This document shows, one piece after another, positions 45,649 to 56,062 of a stretch of 64,000 nucleotides of DNA. Position 1 is the first letter of the stretch; every line of letters starts with the position of its first letter. A program made the translations under genes and the position numbers. The stretch is taken from IMG/VR virus record IMGVR_UViG_3300035492_000236; one strand, given 5' to 3'. Source of the DNA: a virus (Duplodnaviria > Caudoviricetes). The notes beneath the pieces were generated by a model. It was given only the letters and a program-made list of their open reading frames with translations, was not told the origin of the DNA and ran no database searches.

Positions 45649-47469
45649 TTACAGCTTACGAACCTTGATCGCGCCACCGGACTGATTACCTGCCAGTATC
45701 ATCAGCTGATTCCCTACAGAGTCGACAATGACGATGCCGGACATTTTCAGGGACCGGTTACGGTATGCGACCAGACGCTCACAAGCGCTGTAGAAATCCG
45801 GCGTGTACTTGAACTCTACGGCAGCGATGTGGTCCTTGTTAGAGAACTGCAGGCCGTCTGCCAACAGGTCACCGGCCGCGCGTACCACTACCAGATTAGT
45901 ACGGAACCAGCAATATTGGATTTCCGCAGTGTTCTCGATGATCGGGTACAGTACGCCTTCGCTTGCCAGCTTGGCCGCTTTTTCAAAATCCAGCATGGCG
46001 AAGTTATGGCGCAGGAATTCCCGTTCCAGCTCACACCACTTGGCGTACTCGTCAGCTTGTGCCGGCGACTTCAGGTATTTCATGCCTTCATGATAGTGCT
46101 GAATGAAGGAGTCAAGGCTAGCACTGTACGGCAGCACGATGGCCAGCAGATTGTTGAACAGGAACTGCAGGTTCTCCTCCAGGAATGACAGATAACCATT
46201 GGCCAGGAATGCGTCAGTGCGCGACATGGTAGGAATGGCGTCCTGGATTAAGGTCATGGTGTTGTGCCAGCTCTCGAAGGTACTGTACCGATCGGCCCCC
46301 GCCATCAGGCTAAGGATAGACTTAGGCACAGCAATCGGACGGTACTGATCGCCTTTGGCGATGGTGTAGTCAGCGTCAGTCAACAACTTACCTTCCAGAC
46401 CAACCATGCACAGGCGCCAATCAGTGTTGCAGAAGCTCACCGGCTGTACCTGCACGATCTTAGCAGCCACGGCCGCTTCTTCCGCTTCTGCAGTGCCCAC
46501 ATCTGGCAGTTTACGGAAATCCACCTGAGGCACAACCACACCACCTTGCTTGTCGGTGGAAACGTAGCTGCGTTTGATTTCGTGGTCCTTATACTCCTCC
46601 ACGTTATCCCCTTTCTCAAACACGGTTTCAAACACGCCCCGCTCGGTCCCAACATGCACAGTCACCTGTTCAGTGGGGTTGATCATCCAACTGTAGTTGG
46701 TGTTCGGTTCAAACTGAGGCACCACTTTGGATTTTTCTTTCAGTACGATCTTGGGCTGGGTGACGACAGTGGCGTCTTTCAGCTCAGTACGGCGTTTCGG
46801 CTCCACACGTTCCTCCTCGCGACGGGTGTCGCGGCGATCATCACCCCGTTGGGGCGACCGGTTGCCAGCATTGTAATTGGTCCGCACACTGGTGGTACCA
46901 CGACCACCACGACGACTGGTACCACGACCACGACCACGATCGTCCAAGCGGTCATCGCGGTCGCGGCGACTATCGCGACGATCGTCCCGGTCGCGACCAC
47001 GGTCGCGGCGGCTGGAACCACGGCGGTCATCGTAACGGTCGCGACCACCACGACCACGACTACGGCTACCGCCGCGGCGAATTGCAGAGACCAGCTTGGC
47101 ATGGGTGTCTGCCAGACGCTTAAAGTAATCAAAGTCACGGTCACTCAGAGTGTCCGAGATCTCACGATCTGCCAACGCGAACACTGCGATTGAGAAATCG
47201 TAAGCTTGCTTCAGTACCTTATCTAGGGCACGACGGTCGCCCAGAACATCGATACCTTCATCATCACCTTGCATGACGCCGTACGCAACCACATCAATAG
47301 CGGTCTGGAAGAAATCATCAGCGTCGCGGTTGTTGTAGTCGCCAGCGCAGATCACATCGCGAATGTCTTCTTCGACCACATCGCGCGTGTCTTCCAAGAA
47401 CTCGATCATGGTGTCGATTACTTCGCGAACGTCTTCCTCGATCAAAATTCCATGAGTGTTAAAAGCCAT
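45649..47469 (-). CDS. Protein with an RGG/RD-rich intrinsically disordered tract
   Basis: RRGGSRSRGRGGRDRYDDRRGSSRRDRGRDRDD...; sits between the RNAP subunit and the portal. Confidence 0.8.
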   Translation of the reverse strand: MAFNTHGILIEEDVREVIDTMIEFLEDTRDVVEEDIRDVICAGDYNNRDADDFFQTAIDVVAYGVMQGDDEGIDVLGDRRALDKVLKQAYDFSIAVFALADREISDTLSDRDFDYFKRLADTHAKLVSAIRRGGSRSRGRGGRDRYDDRRGSSRRDRGRDRDDRRDSRRDRDDRLDDRGRGRGTSRRGGRGTTSVRTNYNAGNRSPQRGDDRRDTRREEERVEPKRRTELKDATVVTQPKIVLKEKSKVVPQFEPNTNYSWMINPTEQVTVHVGTERGVFETVFEKGDNVEEYKDHEIKRSYVSTDKQGGVVVPQVDFRKLPDVGTAEAEEAAVAAKIVQVQPVSFCNTDWRLCMVGLEGKLLTDADYTIAKGDQYRPIAVPKSILSLMAGADRYSTFESWHNTMTLIQDAIPTMSRTDAFLANGYLSFLEENLQFLFNNLLAIVLPYSASLDSFIQHYHEGMKYLKSPAQADEYAKWCELEREFLRHNFAMLDFEKAAKLASEGVLYPIIENTAEIQYCWFRTNLVVVRAAGDLLADGLQFSNKDHIAAVEFKYTPDFYSACERLVAYRNRSLKMSGIVIVDSVGNQLMILAGNQSGGAIKVRKL

Positions 47470-47539
47470 TTGTTAATCTCCTGATATAGTGCATATGGAT
47501 AATATATGCTTGATGTGGTTTTTGTTATGGGCGGGTGCC

Positions 47540-49222
47540 TTAGCACCCTTTCTGACGGAGGTCGGCATGGACCCGATCCAAGTCATCGACATTTTCTTCT
47601 TTGCGCACAATCCGCCCCAACTCATTGATTTTCAAGTAGGGGTTAAGAATCGCCCACCCGAACGGGGACGACTTCGGCAAGTTAGCCACCGACCCCACTT
47701 CCAGGAAGCTGGCATGGATGTGCTTGGTTGGGTCATTTAGATCCACAACTTTTTTACCTGAGCCGGAAGCTTTGCGTGCATCGGTCTGATCAATCGCGCG
47801 TGAAGTAATCCCCACCAACATGTTGTCCGTGGTAACCAAAAACGGTGTTACTTCTCCGTGGTTGGTCACGATACGTTGAATGGTGTCTGTGTGAATGTTC
47901 CGGTGGATAATGGACGACACCTTCTGTCGGGAGACAGGTAGCCCAACTGCCCGTTTGTTGCCATCCATCCCTGCCCGTATCAGGTCCCATGCAGCTTTCT
48001 GAATGCCGTAACGGATTTGTGCAGTTACGTACTCAGAACACGTCAGATAACGGCCCCAGAGGTTCGCTAGGTTAGCTGTGCGACTTTCATCCATGCGAGT
48101 GGTCTGGTCTGCGATGTAGAACAGGAACTCGTAGATATCACCACACTCGATCCCTTCCATCAACAACTCTTGGCGGAACACGTCATCGATCATCTGTTCC
48201 ACGTTACCCAGGTGGGTATCGATCTCTGCGATGATGTGCTGGTCACCATGCTTACCACTGCCAAAGATGGAGTAGCCTAACATGATCATCCACAACGAGG
48301 GATCGTCCAGGTATTCCTTCACCAAGCGGTTACCGAAGAAGCTGGCCACGTAGAACATGGTCCCGATAAAGATCATGGCGGTGGGTGTCAGCTGTTCCTT
48401 CGGCAGTACCACTGCGAACTGTGACCGCGTTTCCTTCTTATATGGCAAGGGAGCCCGACACACCGCAAACTCATTCGTGTCCAACGTCTGCAACTTTGGA
48501 TCGTTGTCGTGGTACACCTGCACGTCAATGTTCAAGAACTGTGCAAAAGTATTGGTGATGCCGTACCGTGCAAACAGCCATCCGATCAGTGGCGGTTTGA
48601 ACTTGGCGTTGCCGTCTTTCTTGCCACGATGCAGTTCCGTAGTAACGGGAATGTACACATGCTCAGTGTTACCGTTAACCAGGAAGCTGCGAGGCGTCCG
48701 TTCAAAGTTCACCCGGTTACTGGGGAATTCGACGAAATACCCTTTCGGTGTAACCGACAGGCCTTTGGTCTTGATCACTGGCATGATGGAGTATTTCACG
48801 TTGCGGATGTGCATGACGCCACCGCGACGTACGAATGGGATCTCGATGTATTTGGGAAACTCTTCCCCACCGTTGACGAAGTTGTACTTCACCAGGTAGG
48901 TGTCCGTGATGGAGTGTTGATACCCCGCACTTTTATCCGAAGGTTGGCGCCGTACTTTACCATCGGCTTGTACGCGATATTCCTCTTCCACCGGGATTAA
49001 CTCCATCCCGACGTAGTCAAACCCCTCAGGCAGGCGCGGGTTGTTTTCACGCCGCAGCAAAATGCGCATCAGCTGATCAATCTTTTTATGCAGGTTGACT
49101 AACTGATGGTAACTGAACCCCTCCCCGATGATTGGATTGATCTTTGGAATCGCGCCACTCTCGTAGATAAAATCAAGAGCATCTCTCTGCATTACTTTAT
49201 GCCTTTGCTTTGTACATGCCAA
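47540..49222 (-). CDS. Non-virion RNA polymerase beta-like subunit (phiKZ gp123-like)
   Basis: IEIPFVRRGGVMHIRNVKYSIMPV and IHASFLEVGSVANLPKSSPFG resemble RpoB conserved regions; synteny with MCP and DnaB. Confidence 0.8.
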   Translation of the reverse strand: MACTKQRHKVMQRDALDFIYESGAIPKINPIIGEGFSYHQLVNLHKKIDQLMRILLRRENNPRLPEGFDYVGMELIPVEEEYRVQADGKVRRQPSDKSAGYQHSITDTYLVKYNFVNGGEEFPKYIEIPFVRRGGVMHIRNVKYSIMPVIKTKGLSVTPKGYFVEFPSNRVNFERTPRSFLVNGNTEHVYIPVTTELHRGKKDGNAKFKPPLIGWLFARYGITNTFAQFLNIDVQVYHDNDPKLQTLDTNEFAVCRAPLPYKKETRSQFAVVLPKEQLTPTAMIFIGTMFYVASFFGNRLVKEYLDDPSLWMIMLGYSIFGSGKHGDQHIIAEIDTHLGNVEQMIDDVFRQELLMEGIECGDIYEFLFYIADQTTRMDESRTANLANLWGRYLTCSEYVTAQIRYGIQKAAWDLIRAGMDGNKRAVGLPVSRQKVSSIIHRNIHTDTIQRIVTNHGEVTPFLVTTDNMLVGITSRAIDQTDARKASGSGKKVVDLNDPTKHIHASFLEVGSVANLPKSSPFGWAILNPYLKINELGRIVRKEENVDDLDRVHADLRQKGC

Positions 49223-50261
49223 AAGCTAACCCGGCAAACCCCAGAATGGAAGGGACGATCTTAAGCCACTCGGAGGTGTTCTTCCGAACGGCAGACTGTT
49301 CTTCGTATTGGTGTTTGATGTCAGCCTCCCTGATTTTGTGGTTGGTTTCTTTCACCTTACGCAGGTGCTCCAACTCCTTCTCGCGTTCTGCCAACTGTGC
49401 CTCCATGCGTTTGTTACCCGCTTCGAGCAATTGGATCTCTCGCTTGTGCTCGACTTCCATTTGACTTTTCCCTGCCGACAGCTCCAATTCTTGTAGCTTC
49501 AGTGCATGCTTGCGCATCTCAAAGTCATGTTTCGCAACCTCCAACTCATCGCCATGAGCCGCAGCCTCACTGCGCGAGTACCAGAACCGTATAGGGCAAT
49601 TGTCACTATCCAGCTCATATCGGGTCGCGTCTGCGACCTTGGCCGTGGAGTACGCCACATAGACCCCGTCTGGCATGATCGGTGACTGCACGGTTGGAAC
49701 TTCGATCACCTCCCCGCCTAGGTTGATGTATCGTCGTCCGAACAGATGGTGTTTGTCTACCACCACGATGCGGTAATTGATCATCCCGGTCTGAGCTTCA
49801 GGAATCAGCGCTTCGGTCACACTGGTGCTTGAGCGCGGGTGTTTCGGAACCTCCTCATTACGTTTCTCGGTGAACACCAGATCCAGCACGTCATGATACA
49901 CCCCACGACAGCCTTCCAATTCCTCGAAAGGAATCTGATACGCCACCGTTAGGGTGTTGCCTTTTCTAGTGCCTCGTGCCATCGCCTCCTCAAACAACCG
50001 ACGTTCTGTCCCGTCAAACTCAAAGGTTTGCGGCAGACTGTTGAAATGCGTGTCGCTGTTAAAGGTATAGGTGACCAATACTGTAAAGATGCCGCTGGCG
50101 TTAGTATCAAGCATCGGGTGCAGGACGGCATTCTGACCGTTCTTCCAAACGACCGTAATAGTCCGACCTGTGCGATTGATGAATGCCAACGACATGGTAA
50201 GTTGGGGTCGCAAATTCCCAGGTGGTGGGCTGGATGCCCGTGTGTTAATCGTCTTTAGCAT
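49197..50261 (-). CDS. Conserved core protein with C-terminal coiled coil and hydrophobic end
   Basis: 354 aa between MCP and the RNAP subunit, as in phiKZ-like phages. Confidence 0.7.
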   Translation of the reverse strand: MLKTINTRASSPPPGNLRPQLTMSLAFINRTGRTITVVWKNGQNAVLHPMLDTNASGIFTVLVTYTFNSDTHFNSLPQTFEFDGTERRLFEEAMARGTRKGNTLTVAYQIPFEELEGCRGVYHDVLDLVFTEKRNEEVPKHPRSSTSVTEALIPEAQTGMINYRIVVVDKHHLFGRRYINLGGEVIEVPTVQSPIMPDGVYVAYSTAKVADATRYELDSDNCPIRFWYSRSEAAAHGDELEVAKHDFEMRKHALKLQELELSAGKSQMEVEHKREIQLLEAGNKRMEAQLAEREKELEHLRKVKETNHKIREADIKHQYEEQSAVRKNTSEWLKIVPSILGFAGLAFGMYKAKA

Positions 50262-50393
50262 AAATCACCTCGTTGTGCAGGTTGATAAAATATATCTTTA
50301 TCAACTTTCACTCGAAGGGTCATGCATAACATCGACCTTGCAGTAAAAAAACACGGCCTTGATTATTTTTTAGGGCATTTCTTCACGACGCAC

Positions 50394-50427
50394 AAAAAGA
50401 AAAGAGGTGGGCCGAAGCCCACCTCTC
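50394..50427 (-). terminator. MCP terminator
   Basis: AGAGGTGGGC-TTCG-GCCCACCTCT-TTTCTTTTT. Confidence 0.88.
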
Positions 50428-50455
50428 ATGCTTTGGTTCTGTCACCTATCAATGA

Positions 50456-52705
50456 TCAGGGTACCAGGTCACCAATTACCAGGTCGTCACCGCTACCAGT
50501 ACCGCCGGCCAGTTCGCCGGTGAATACCATACCTTGAACCGGACGAGACTGGATGAACTCGCGCAGGCCGCGCGGGATGATCACGCCAGTGATCGGGCAG
50601 TGTACCACGTGGGTGTTACGGGTCTGCACGGTGATCTCGTTGGCGGTGCCTTCGTTACGGGTCAGGTTGGTATCGGTGATGAGCTCAGGTACCCAGATGT
50701 GGTTACCGAAGTTCAGCGGGTTGATGCCGTTGGTGCCGTCGGACACGTTGAAGAACCACTGGATGCGACCTTTCCAACGATTGTCGGCGGTGGTCACGAT
50801 TTCGTACTCGAACTGGTCACCCAGGGTCGGACGATTGGACTTGCGATCAATCCAGTTGGCGATCACGATGTCGGTCGCGATAATCACCTTGGGCTTGGTC
50901 ATGGTGTAACCGGACAGCATTTCCAGCGCAGGCTGGAAGCGGGATTCCTGCATGGCACGAACCACTTGCTCGCGGATCAGGCCCACGATGGTGGCAGCCA
51001 GGTTCTCATCCACGTCCTGAGAGTCTTTGGTGGACACCAGGTTGGCCACGTCGAACTCGAAGCGATCGAACCAAGGACGCACGTAGTGACGACCCACACC
51101 CTCGATCGGCAGTACGTCGTATTCGTTTTCCTTGGTAATACCCTTCACCACTTCTTCCAGCACGTCAGTCACGTTCAGGATCTTGGTGATACACTGAGAG
51201 CTGGTGCGGATACGGGAAGCGGTGATCAGTCGCTCAATAGCAGCGCCCTTGTCTTCACGGCCGATCGGCTTACGAGAAGTGATCGGGGAGCCCAGTTGGA
51301 TCTTGTAACGCTCGCGCTCAACTACGCCGTCCAGCAGCAGGCCTTTGGTACGACGGTTGGAGTTGTCACGGGTCATCTTGTACTCGTAACCTACGGGTAC
51401 GATTTCCAGCGCATCAACTACGGTCTTGCCGGCACCTTTGGTGTGGTCGATGCGGTCGCCGTCTTCGTTGGACAGTTCCAGGTACTCTACCGGAGAATGC
51501 ATGGACGATTCAACGCCGGTCTGCAGGTTCAGCTTGTTGTGCACGTCGATGGTGAAGCGCAGCTGGTAGCCGGCTGACTTCAGTTCGTCGAACGCAGTCA
51601 CGGGCTGACCGGCACGGTCAGTGCTGTCGCCAGACACGAGGAAAGCAGCACCGGAGAAGGACAGTTCCATGCCCATACCGTCGCCTTCCTGGCTCTTGTT
51701 GAAGGTAGAGCGCGGCAGGTTGGCGGTGTTCATCACCAGCACTTGGCGGGTGGTGTCAGCAGCGCCTTTCTTCTTCACGGTGAAGTACAGCTTGGCCAGT
51801 TCCACGCGACCGTTGATTTCGTCAGACTCATCCAGTACGCCGGAGGTAACCAGCTTGGGATGAGCAGACAGCTCCAGCATGTTCTTTTTCTTACCGGAGA
51901 AAGCCAGCGGGTTGGTCCGTACGCTGTAGTCACCGACCATCACGTGGTGCGGAGTTACCAGGCTGGCGTCAACGAAGTTCTCGGCGTTGTCGCCATCTTC
52001 CAACATGTAGGGAACGATGTCGATGGAACGGTCTTCCAGGACGGTGTGGTCAGACACGGCATCCAGGATGTTACGGCGCTGGAACGGTACGCTGTCTTTG
52101 GAGCGTACGGCATGACGTACGGCGCGGTGCACCATGGACTTGTTGATTTCCATCAGCAGACCAGCATCAGTGGGGTCAGCCACAACGGTGGGCATGATAG
52201 TTTCAGCGAAGTTGTCCTGACGGGCGGCCTGTACGTTGAAGGTAAAGGAAGCGGCCAGGTGCTTGTCCAGAGCTTGTTCGGTGAAGTATTCCAGGGCGAT
52301 GCTTTCAGCACCTTGGTCGCTCAGGCCGTGGGCACCGGCCAGGATGGCAGGGCCATCAACGTCGCCAGATTCCAGCGCAGGGAAATCAGTACGCATGGCG
52401 GCATGAGCGTAACCGACCAGGTCACCTTTGGCCATGGCGATGATAGCACCGGCTTGTTTCTGAGCTTCGGTCAGTTCGACATGGCTCTCGGCAGCGATAG
52501 CTTGAGCCAGTTGGTCACCCAGCTTCTCTTCGAGGTTGGCACGGTGAGTCATGCTCACACCGTCCATGTGGGATTCCAGGCCGATCACGTTACCAACGGC
52601 CTTGCCGTCGCGCAGTTCGGTTTCGTTGGTGGCGAGCAGGTTCTCAGCAGCAGAATACATCTTGCTGAAGCCGACGCTAGCCTGACCTTTATTGAGTTTT
52701 GCCAT
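50456..52705 (-). CDS. Major capsid protein precursor (phiKZ gp120-like)
   Basis: 749 aa, strongest codon bias in the window, N-terminal propeptide with ALE/GLE sites, FNVQAARQD-x-F-x-E and PLNFG-x-H-x-W-x-PEL motifs. Confidence 0.88.
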   Translation of the reverse strand: MAKLNKGQASVGFSKMYSAAENLLATNETELRDGKAVGNVIGLESHMDGVSMTHRANLEEKLGDQLAQAIAAESHVELTEAQKQAGAIIAMAKGDLVGYAHAAMRTDFPALESGDVDGPAILAGAHGLSDQGAESIALEYFTEQALDKHLAASFTFNVQAARQDNFAETIMPTVVADPTDAGLLMEINKSMVHRAVRHAVRSKDSVPFQRRNILDAVSDHTVLEDRSIDIVPYMLEDGDNAENFVDASLVTPHHVMVGDYSVRTNPLAFSGKKKNMLELSAHPKLVTSGVLDESDEINGRVELAKLYFTVKKKGAADTTRQVLVMNTANLPRSTFNKSQEGDGMGMELSFSGAAFLVSGDSTDRAGQPVTAFDELKSAGYQLRFTIDVHNKLNLQTGVESSMHSPVEYLELSNEDGDRIDHTKGAGKTVVDALEIVPVGYEYKMTRDNSNRRTKGLLLDGVVERERYKIQLGSPITSRKPIGREDKGAAIERLITASRIRTSSQCITKILNVTDVLEEVVKGITKENEYDVLPIEGVGRHYVRPWFDRFEFDVANLVSTKDSQDVDENLAATIVGLIREQVVRAMQESRFQPALEMLSGYTMTKPKVIIATDIVIANWIDRKSNRPTLGDQFEYEIVTTADNRWKGRIQWFFNVSDGTNGINPLNFGNHIWVPELITDTNLTRNEGTANEITVQTRNTHVVHCPITGVIIPRGLREFIQSRPVQGMVFTGELAGGTGSGDDLVIGDLVP

Positions 52706-52773
52706 TGTGACTTTTCCTTAATTGTTTTACATGTAAAAACAAACAGTACAAATTTCGCGATGCTAGCGACATG

Positions 52774-53325
52774 TTAGCACGGAATACTTTCCACATACAA
52801 TGTGGTCAGCGACGGATTGTCCCGGAAGACCGAGGATTTGTCCACCGCCCCATTTTGGATACGCAAGCGGTTATGCATAACAGCCAACATATCAGTGATC
52901 ACAGTATAGCGTTTGTCAACACCATCTTGCGTCTGATGCTCGCCACATCCCCCTATAATATAGATGGATGCGCCTTCAGACTGTGTGTCCACGGTAAAGG
53001 TGATTTGTGCGAACTCGCCCACGCCAGACGCCAACAACCCAGGGTTCGGTTCTCGATCCCGACCTTGCTGCAAATATGCTTCAAGTTCCGGCATATCGGG
53101 AAGTGGGTGGGCAAACAACGAGTTGTACATAAGATACAGTTCCGGGCCGTATTCCTTACCCCTGGTTAAAAAATTAAAGAACTCTATCTGGGCTTTGTGG
53201 TAATTAATAACATCAACTTGAGATACTATAGTCGACGTCAGGTTCTCATCAAGTACAGCGAACGACGTGCCCGTGGATTGCAGGTCCTCACGGAGCCAGT
53301 CGGGAATGAACACTAACTTGGCCAT
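52774..53325 (-). CDS. Conserved virion-associated protein upstream of MCP
   Basis: KLVFIPDWL N-terminus; synteny. Confidence 0.65.
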   Translation of the reverse strand: MAKLVFIPDWLREDLQSTGTSFAVLDENLTSTIVSQVDVINYHKAQIEFFNFLTRGKEYGPELYLMYNSLFAHPLPDMPELEAYLQQGRDREPNPGLLASGVGEFAQITFTVDTQSEGASIYIIGGCGEHQTQDGVDKRYTVITDMLAVMHNRLRIQNGAVDKSSVFRDNPSLTTLYVESIPC

Positions 53326-53362
53326 TACTTATTTCCTCATTTGAATTTTTTTCAGGGGCAGC

Positions 53363-54877
53363 ATGGAACAGAAAATTGCACTCGTGAATAGTCTTGCGTT
53401 GATCTATCACGAAAGTAAACTCGGTGAGCGCGGCCGCTATAACGCTCTTATTAAGAAAGTCATAGCCAGTATTAAAACCCCCGAACTGATGGCTGACGGG
53501 GACAGTCAAGCTGCACTGGCTGGCGTTAAGTCCATCGTTAAGGACTTGGTAGAGGACGACCTGGTCTTTGATCGCAAAGCGATCCTACAAAAGATTCGGA
53601 TTTATTGCTCTTTAGACCAATCATTTTACAAAAATATCGAGCATGCGCTGTCAGACGATGAAGACTCTGTAGATGATGTTAAGAAAACCATTGCCAGTTA
53701 CGCGTCGCAGCTGAGCCTGTACAGTAACCGCAGTGAAATGCGGAGATTGATCTCACGAGCATCGTTTGCCGTGAATAATGACGCAGAAGCCAACCTGAAA
53801 GAAGTGGCGCAAGAACTCCAGCATGAGCTGTCCAAACTCAATCGCCATGGTGGGAATGCGGCACGACCTAGTTTGGTGGCCTCAGTTGGGACAGACAACC
53901 CGGAAGGGTTCGAAAAGATCTTTGAGAACACCAAACGTCAGCTTGAAGGTAATGTCCTTAAGACCGGCTGGAAGTTCCTGAACCGCATGATGGGCATCAA
54001 CAACGGCATCGTCCCTGGTGAGCTGTGGCTAATGCCAGCGCTCCCCCACAACGCCAAGACCACGTTCTCACTGATGCTGTCGCTGAGCCTGGGATTGTTT
54101 AACGACCCAGCACCATTCGTCCCTGAAGGTAAGAAGGCCATGATCCTCGATCTCTCTTTTGAGAACGAGTTGGAAACTAACTTGCCGATTGCGTACAAGG
54201 CCATCAAGGAGAACCTGGAAGGGGTACCGGTCAACATCAAAGACATTGATCCTGCAGAGGCTTCTAAGTACGTTTGTGACAAGCTCCGGGAGCGCGGTTG
54301 GGAATACAAGTTCGAGCGACACATCAACTCGGCTTTTGAGATCTCGGCGCTAGAAGAGACCTTTGCGCTGTACGAGTCACAGGGCTACCATATCGTGGTG
54401 TGTCGTGCAGACTATCTTGGCACTATTAATCGAGCAGGGCTGGGTAATGGTACTATTGGCAGTGACGTGCGTGAGTTGTACCGCCTGGCACGTAACGTTT
54501 GCGCGCCTCGTAAGTGTGCCTTGTTGGCTCCACATCAATTGTCTCCTAAAGCCAAGGAACTGAAGTCCATTGATCCAATGAAGTACGTTCGGTTACTGCC
54601 AGGTAAGGGCTACTACGACGGCTGTACCACGGTGGATAACGAGGCTGACGGTGAACTGTACTTCGGTATTACAGAAGTGAACGAGCAGTCGTTCCTGGAA
54701 GTGCAGCGTGGCAAGCACCGGACACTGGTGGATACACCGGTGGCACACCGCTACCGTGTCATCCCTTTCAGCGATATGGGCACCTTACCGTGGGATGTGC
54801 ACCTTGATAAAGACAACAGCATTAAATCGGTGAACACCAACTCTATACTGGGTGAGATGGACGGCCTCTTCGGATAA
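53363..54877 (+). CDS. dnaB: Replicative DnaB-like helicase (phiKZ gp118-like)
   Basis: KTGWKFLNRM, variant Walker A ALPHNAKT, SFENE, Walker B ADYL, HQLS, DNEAD and GKHR arginine finger. Confidence 0.88.
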   Translation: MEQKIALVNSLALIYHESKLGERGRYNALIKKVIASIKTPELMADGDSQAALAGVKSIVKDLVEDDLVFDRKAILQKIRIYCSLDQSFYKNIEHALSDDEDSVDDVKKTIASYASQLSLYSNRSEMRRLISRASFAVNNDAEANLKEVAQELQHELSKLNRHGGNAARPSLVASVGTDNPEGFEKIFENTKRQLEGNVLKTGWKFLNRMMGINNGIVPGELWLMPALPHNAKTTFSLMLSLSLGLFNDPAPFVPEGKKAMILDLSFENELETNLPIAYKAIKENLEGVPVNIKDIDPAEASKYVCDKLRERGWEYKFERHINSAFEISALEETFALYESQGYHIVVCRADYLGTINRAGLGNGTIGSDVRELYRLARNVCAPRKCALLAPHQLSPKAKELKSIDPMKYVRLLPGKGYYDGCTTVDNEADGELYFGITEVNEQSFLEVQRGKHRTLVDTPVAHRYRVIPFSDMGTLPWDVHLDKDNSIKSVNTNSILGEMDGLFG

Positions 54878-54920
54878 AAAAAAAAACAAAAAAAAAAAAG
54901 GAGGGGCTAAGCCCCTCCCA
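54876..54920 (-). terminator. Terminator with an unusually long T-tract between convergent genes
   Basis: GGAGGGGC-TTAG-CCCCTCC followed by about 23 T interrupted by one G. Confidence 0.8.
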
Positions 54921-54921
54921 G

Positions 54922-55431
54922 TTATTTTCTTTTTTGCCGCATGACGGATTTAATCGTCGGGGCGGCGTTGATTTCTTTCAGGAAGGTGAGGTAAAGCTGA
55001 CGCATGCGTTGGTACGCATCCTTGCGCTCTTGCTGATTATCTGCGGTGGTGAGTACTGCACGTTGGAATGCCACCTGCTGCTTCAGCTCCTTCCGGCAGA
55101 CGTCAGGAATCACCCGTTTACCCTCGGCTTTGCTCAGTGCCAACAACACCGAGGAGTCCATTAGGAAAGCATCGCGATCGAACAGCTTTAAGAGTTCGTC
55201 CTCCTCAGGCTTACAGGTGGGTTTGTTGTTCTTCACTGGCTTAGTAAAGTCAAGCGTCGCAATGCTAACGTTGACATCCACCAACTCAGTGACCTGTTCA
55301 CGGGGAAGTGGCAAACCACAAACCACGATAGTGTCTTTATCTACCACCACATCGTCGGTAAATCCCTCGAACCACTCCTTGGCGCAGAATGGACCAACTT
55401 TGTTAATCTGGTAACCCTTAACGTATTTCAT
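54922..55431 (-). CDS. Hypothetical protein
   Basis: 169-aa ORF with GGAG SD. Confidence 0.65.
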   Translation of the reverse strand: MKYVKGYQINKVGPFCAKEWFEGFTDDVVVDKDTIVVCGLPLPREQVTELVDVNVSIATLDFTKPVKNNKPTCKPEEDELLKLFDRDAFLMDSSVLLALSKAEGKRVIPDVCRKELKQQVAFQRAVLTTADNQQERKDAYQRMRQLYLTFLKEINAAPTIKSVMRQKRK

Positions 55432-55453
55432 CTGAACTCCATTATTGTTATTT

Positions 55454-55855
55454 TTATTGATAGGCGCGCACAGTCTCGTACAATCTACCGCGGAGATTAT
55501 CTACGTCCACGGTACCTTTAGTGGCAACGGTCATCCTGAATTCTTTCATTAACACATCAGCCTCACGCTGGAAACGTTCGATGATGTCTGCGCTTTTGTT
55601 ATTAGCGATAACACAGGCGGCAATCGCGCGAGTGCTGTCAGATACCCGCGTCACGAAGTCGACGTAAGCGGCATCGCCTGCTAACTCATCCTCAACCCGA
55701 ATGAGTGAGGACGCTTCAATGGGAATCCCGCCGTAACTGAGATATTCACCAGAGATACGTAAATGTTTCAGTGGCACCACGTATTGTACCGGCTTGGTGG
55801 TCAGTTTGCCACCAACAGACACTTCGGTGACCAGACCTTTCAGAATGTACAGCAT
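55454..55855 (-). CDS. Hypothetical protein
   Basis: MLYILK at 55855 with TTGGAG SD; early-type promoter upstream. Confidence 0.65.
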   Translation of the reverse strand: MLYILKGLVTEVSVGGKLTTKPVQYVVPLKHLRISGEYLSYGGIPIEASSLIRVEDELAGDAAYVDFVTRVSDSTRAIAACVIANNKSADIIERFQREADVLMKEFRMTVATKGTVDVDNLRGRLYETVRAYQ

Positions 55856-55923
55856 GCTAAACTCCAAGTATGGTTGTTGGTTCACCTCGATAATATATAT
55901 CTGAAGATTTTTTTATACGGCAC

Positions 55924-55951
55924 AAAAAAGAGGAGAGGCCGAAGCCTCTCC
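55924..55951 (-). terminator. Intrinsic terminator
   Basis: GGAGAGGC-TTCG-GCCTCTCC-TCTTTTTT. Confidence 0.85.
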
Positions 55952-56062
55952 AAAAATCAGGATTCAATGACTAACAACAACTAACCCCGCGCAAGTACAG
56001 GTGAACGTAACCCACGCATCGTAAACACTCAGAGTTCGCAACTTTACCCAGAGGTTGTCTAC
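55924..56062 (-). ncRNA. Candidate ~140-nt late small RNA
   Basis: TATACTATGTAGA promoter (same 13-mer as before 34614-35186), then no SD-supported ORF, then a cUUCGg terminator. Confidence 0.4.

Noticed and set aside
46860-47080. DNA tandem repeats (acgacc/cgcgac)
   Set aside because: They simply encode the RG/RD protein tract; no independent DNA periodicity
47540-54877. Inteins or introns in the RNAP subunit, MCP or DnaB
   Set aside because: ORFs are continuous, sizes fit uninterrupted homologs and no splice signatures are seen
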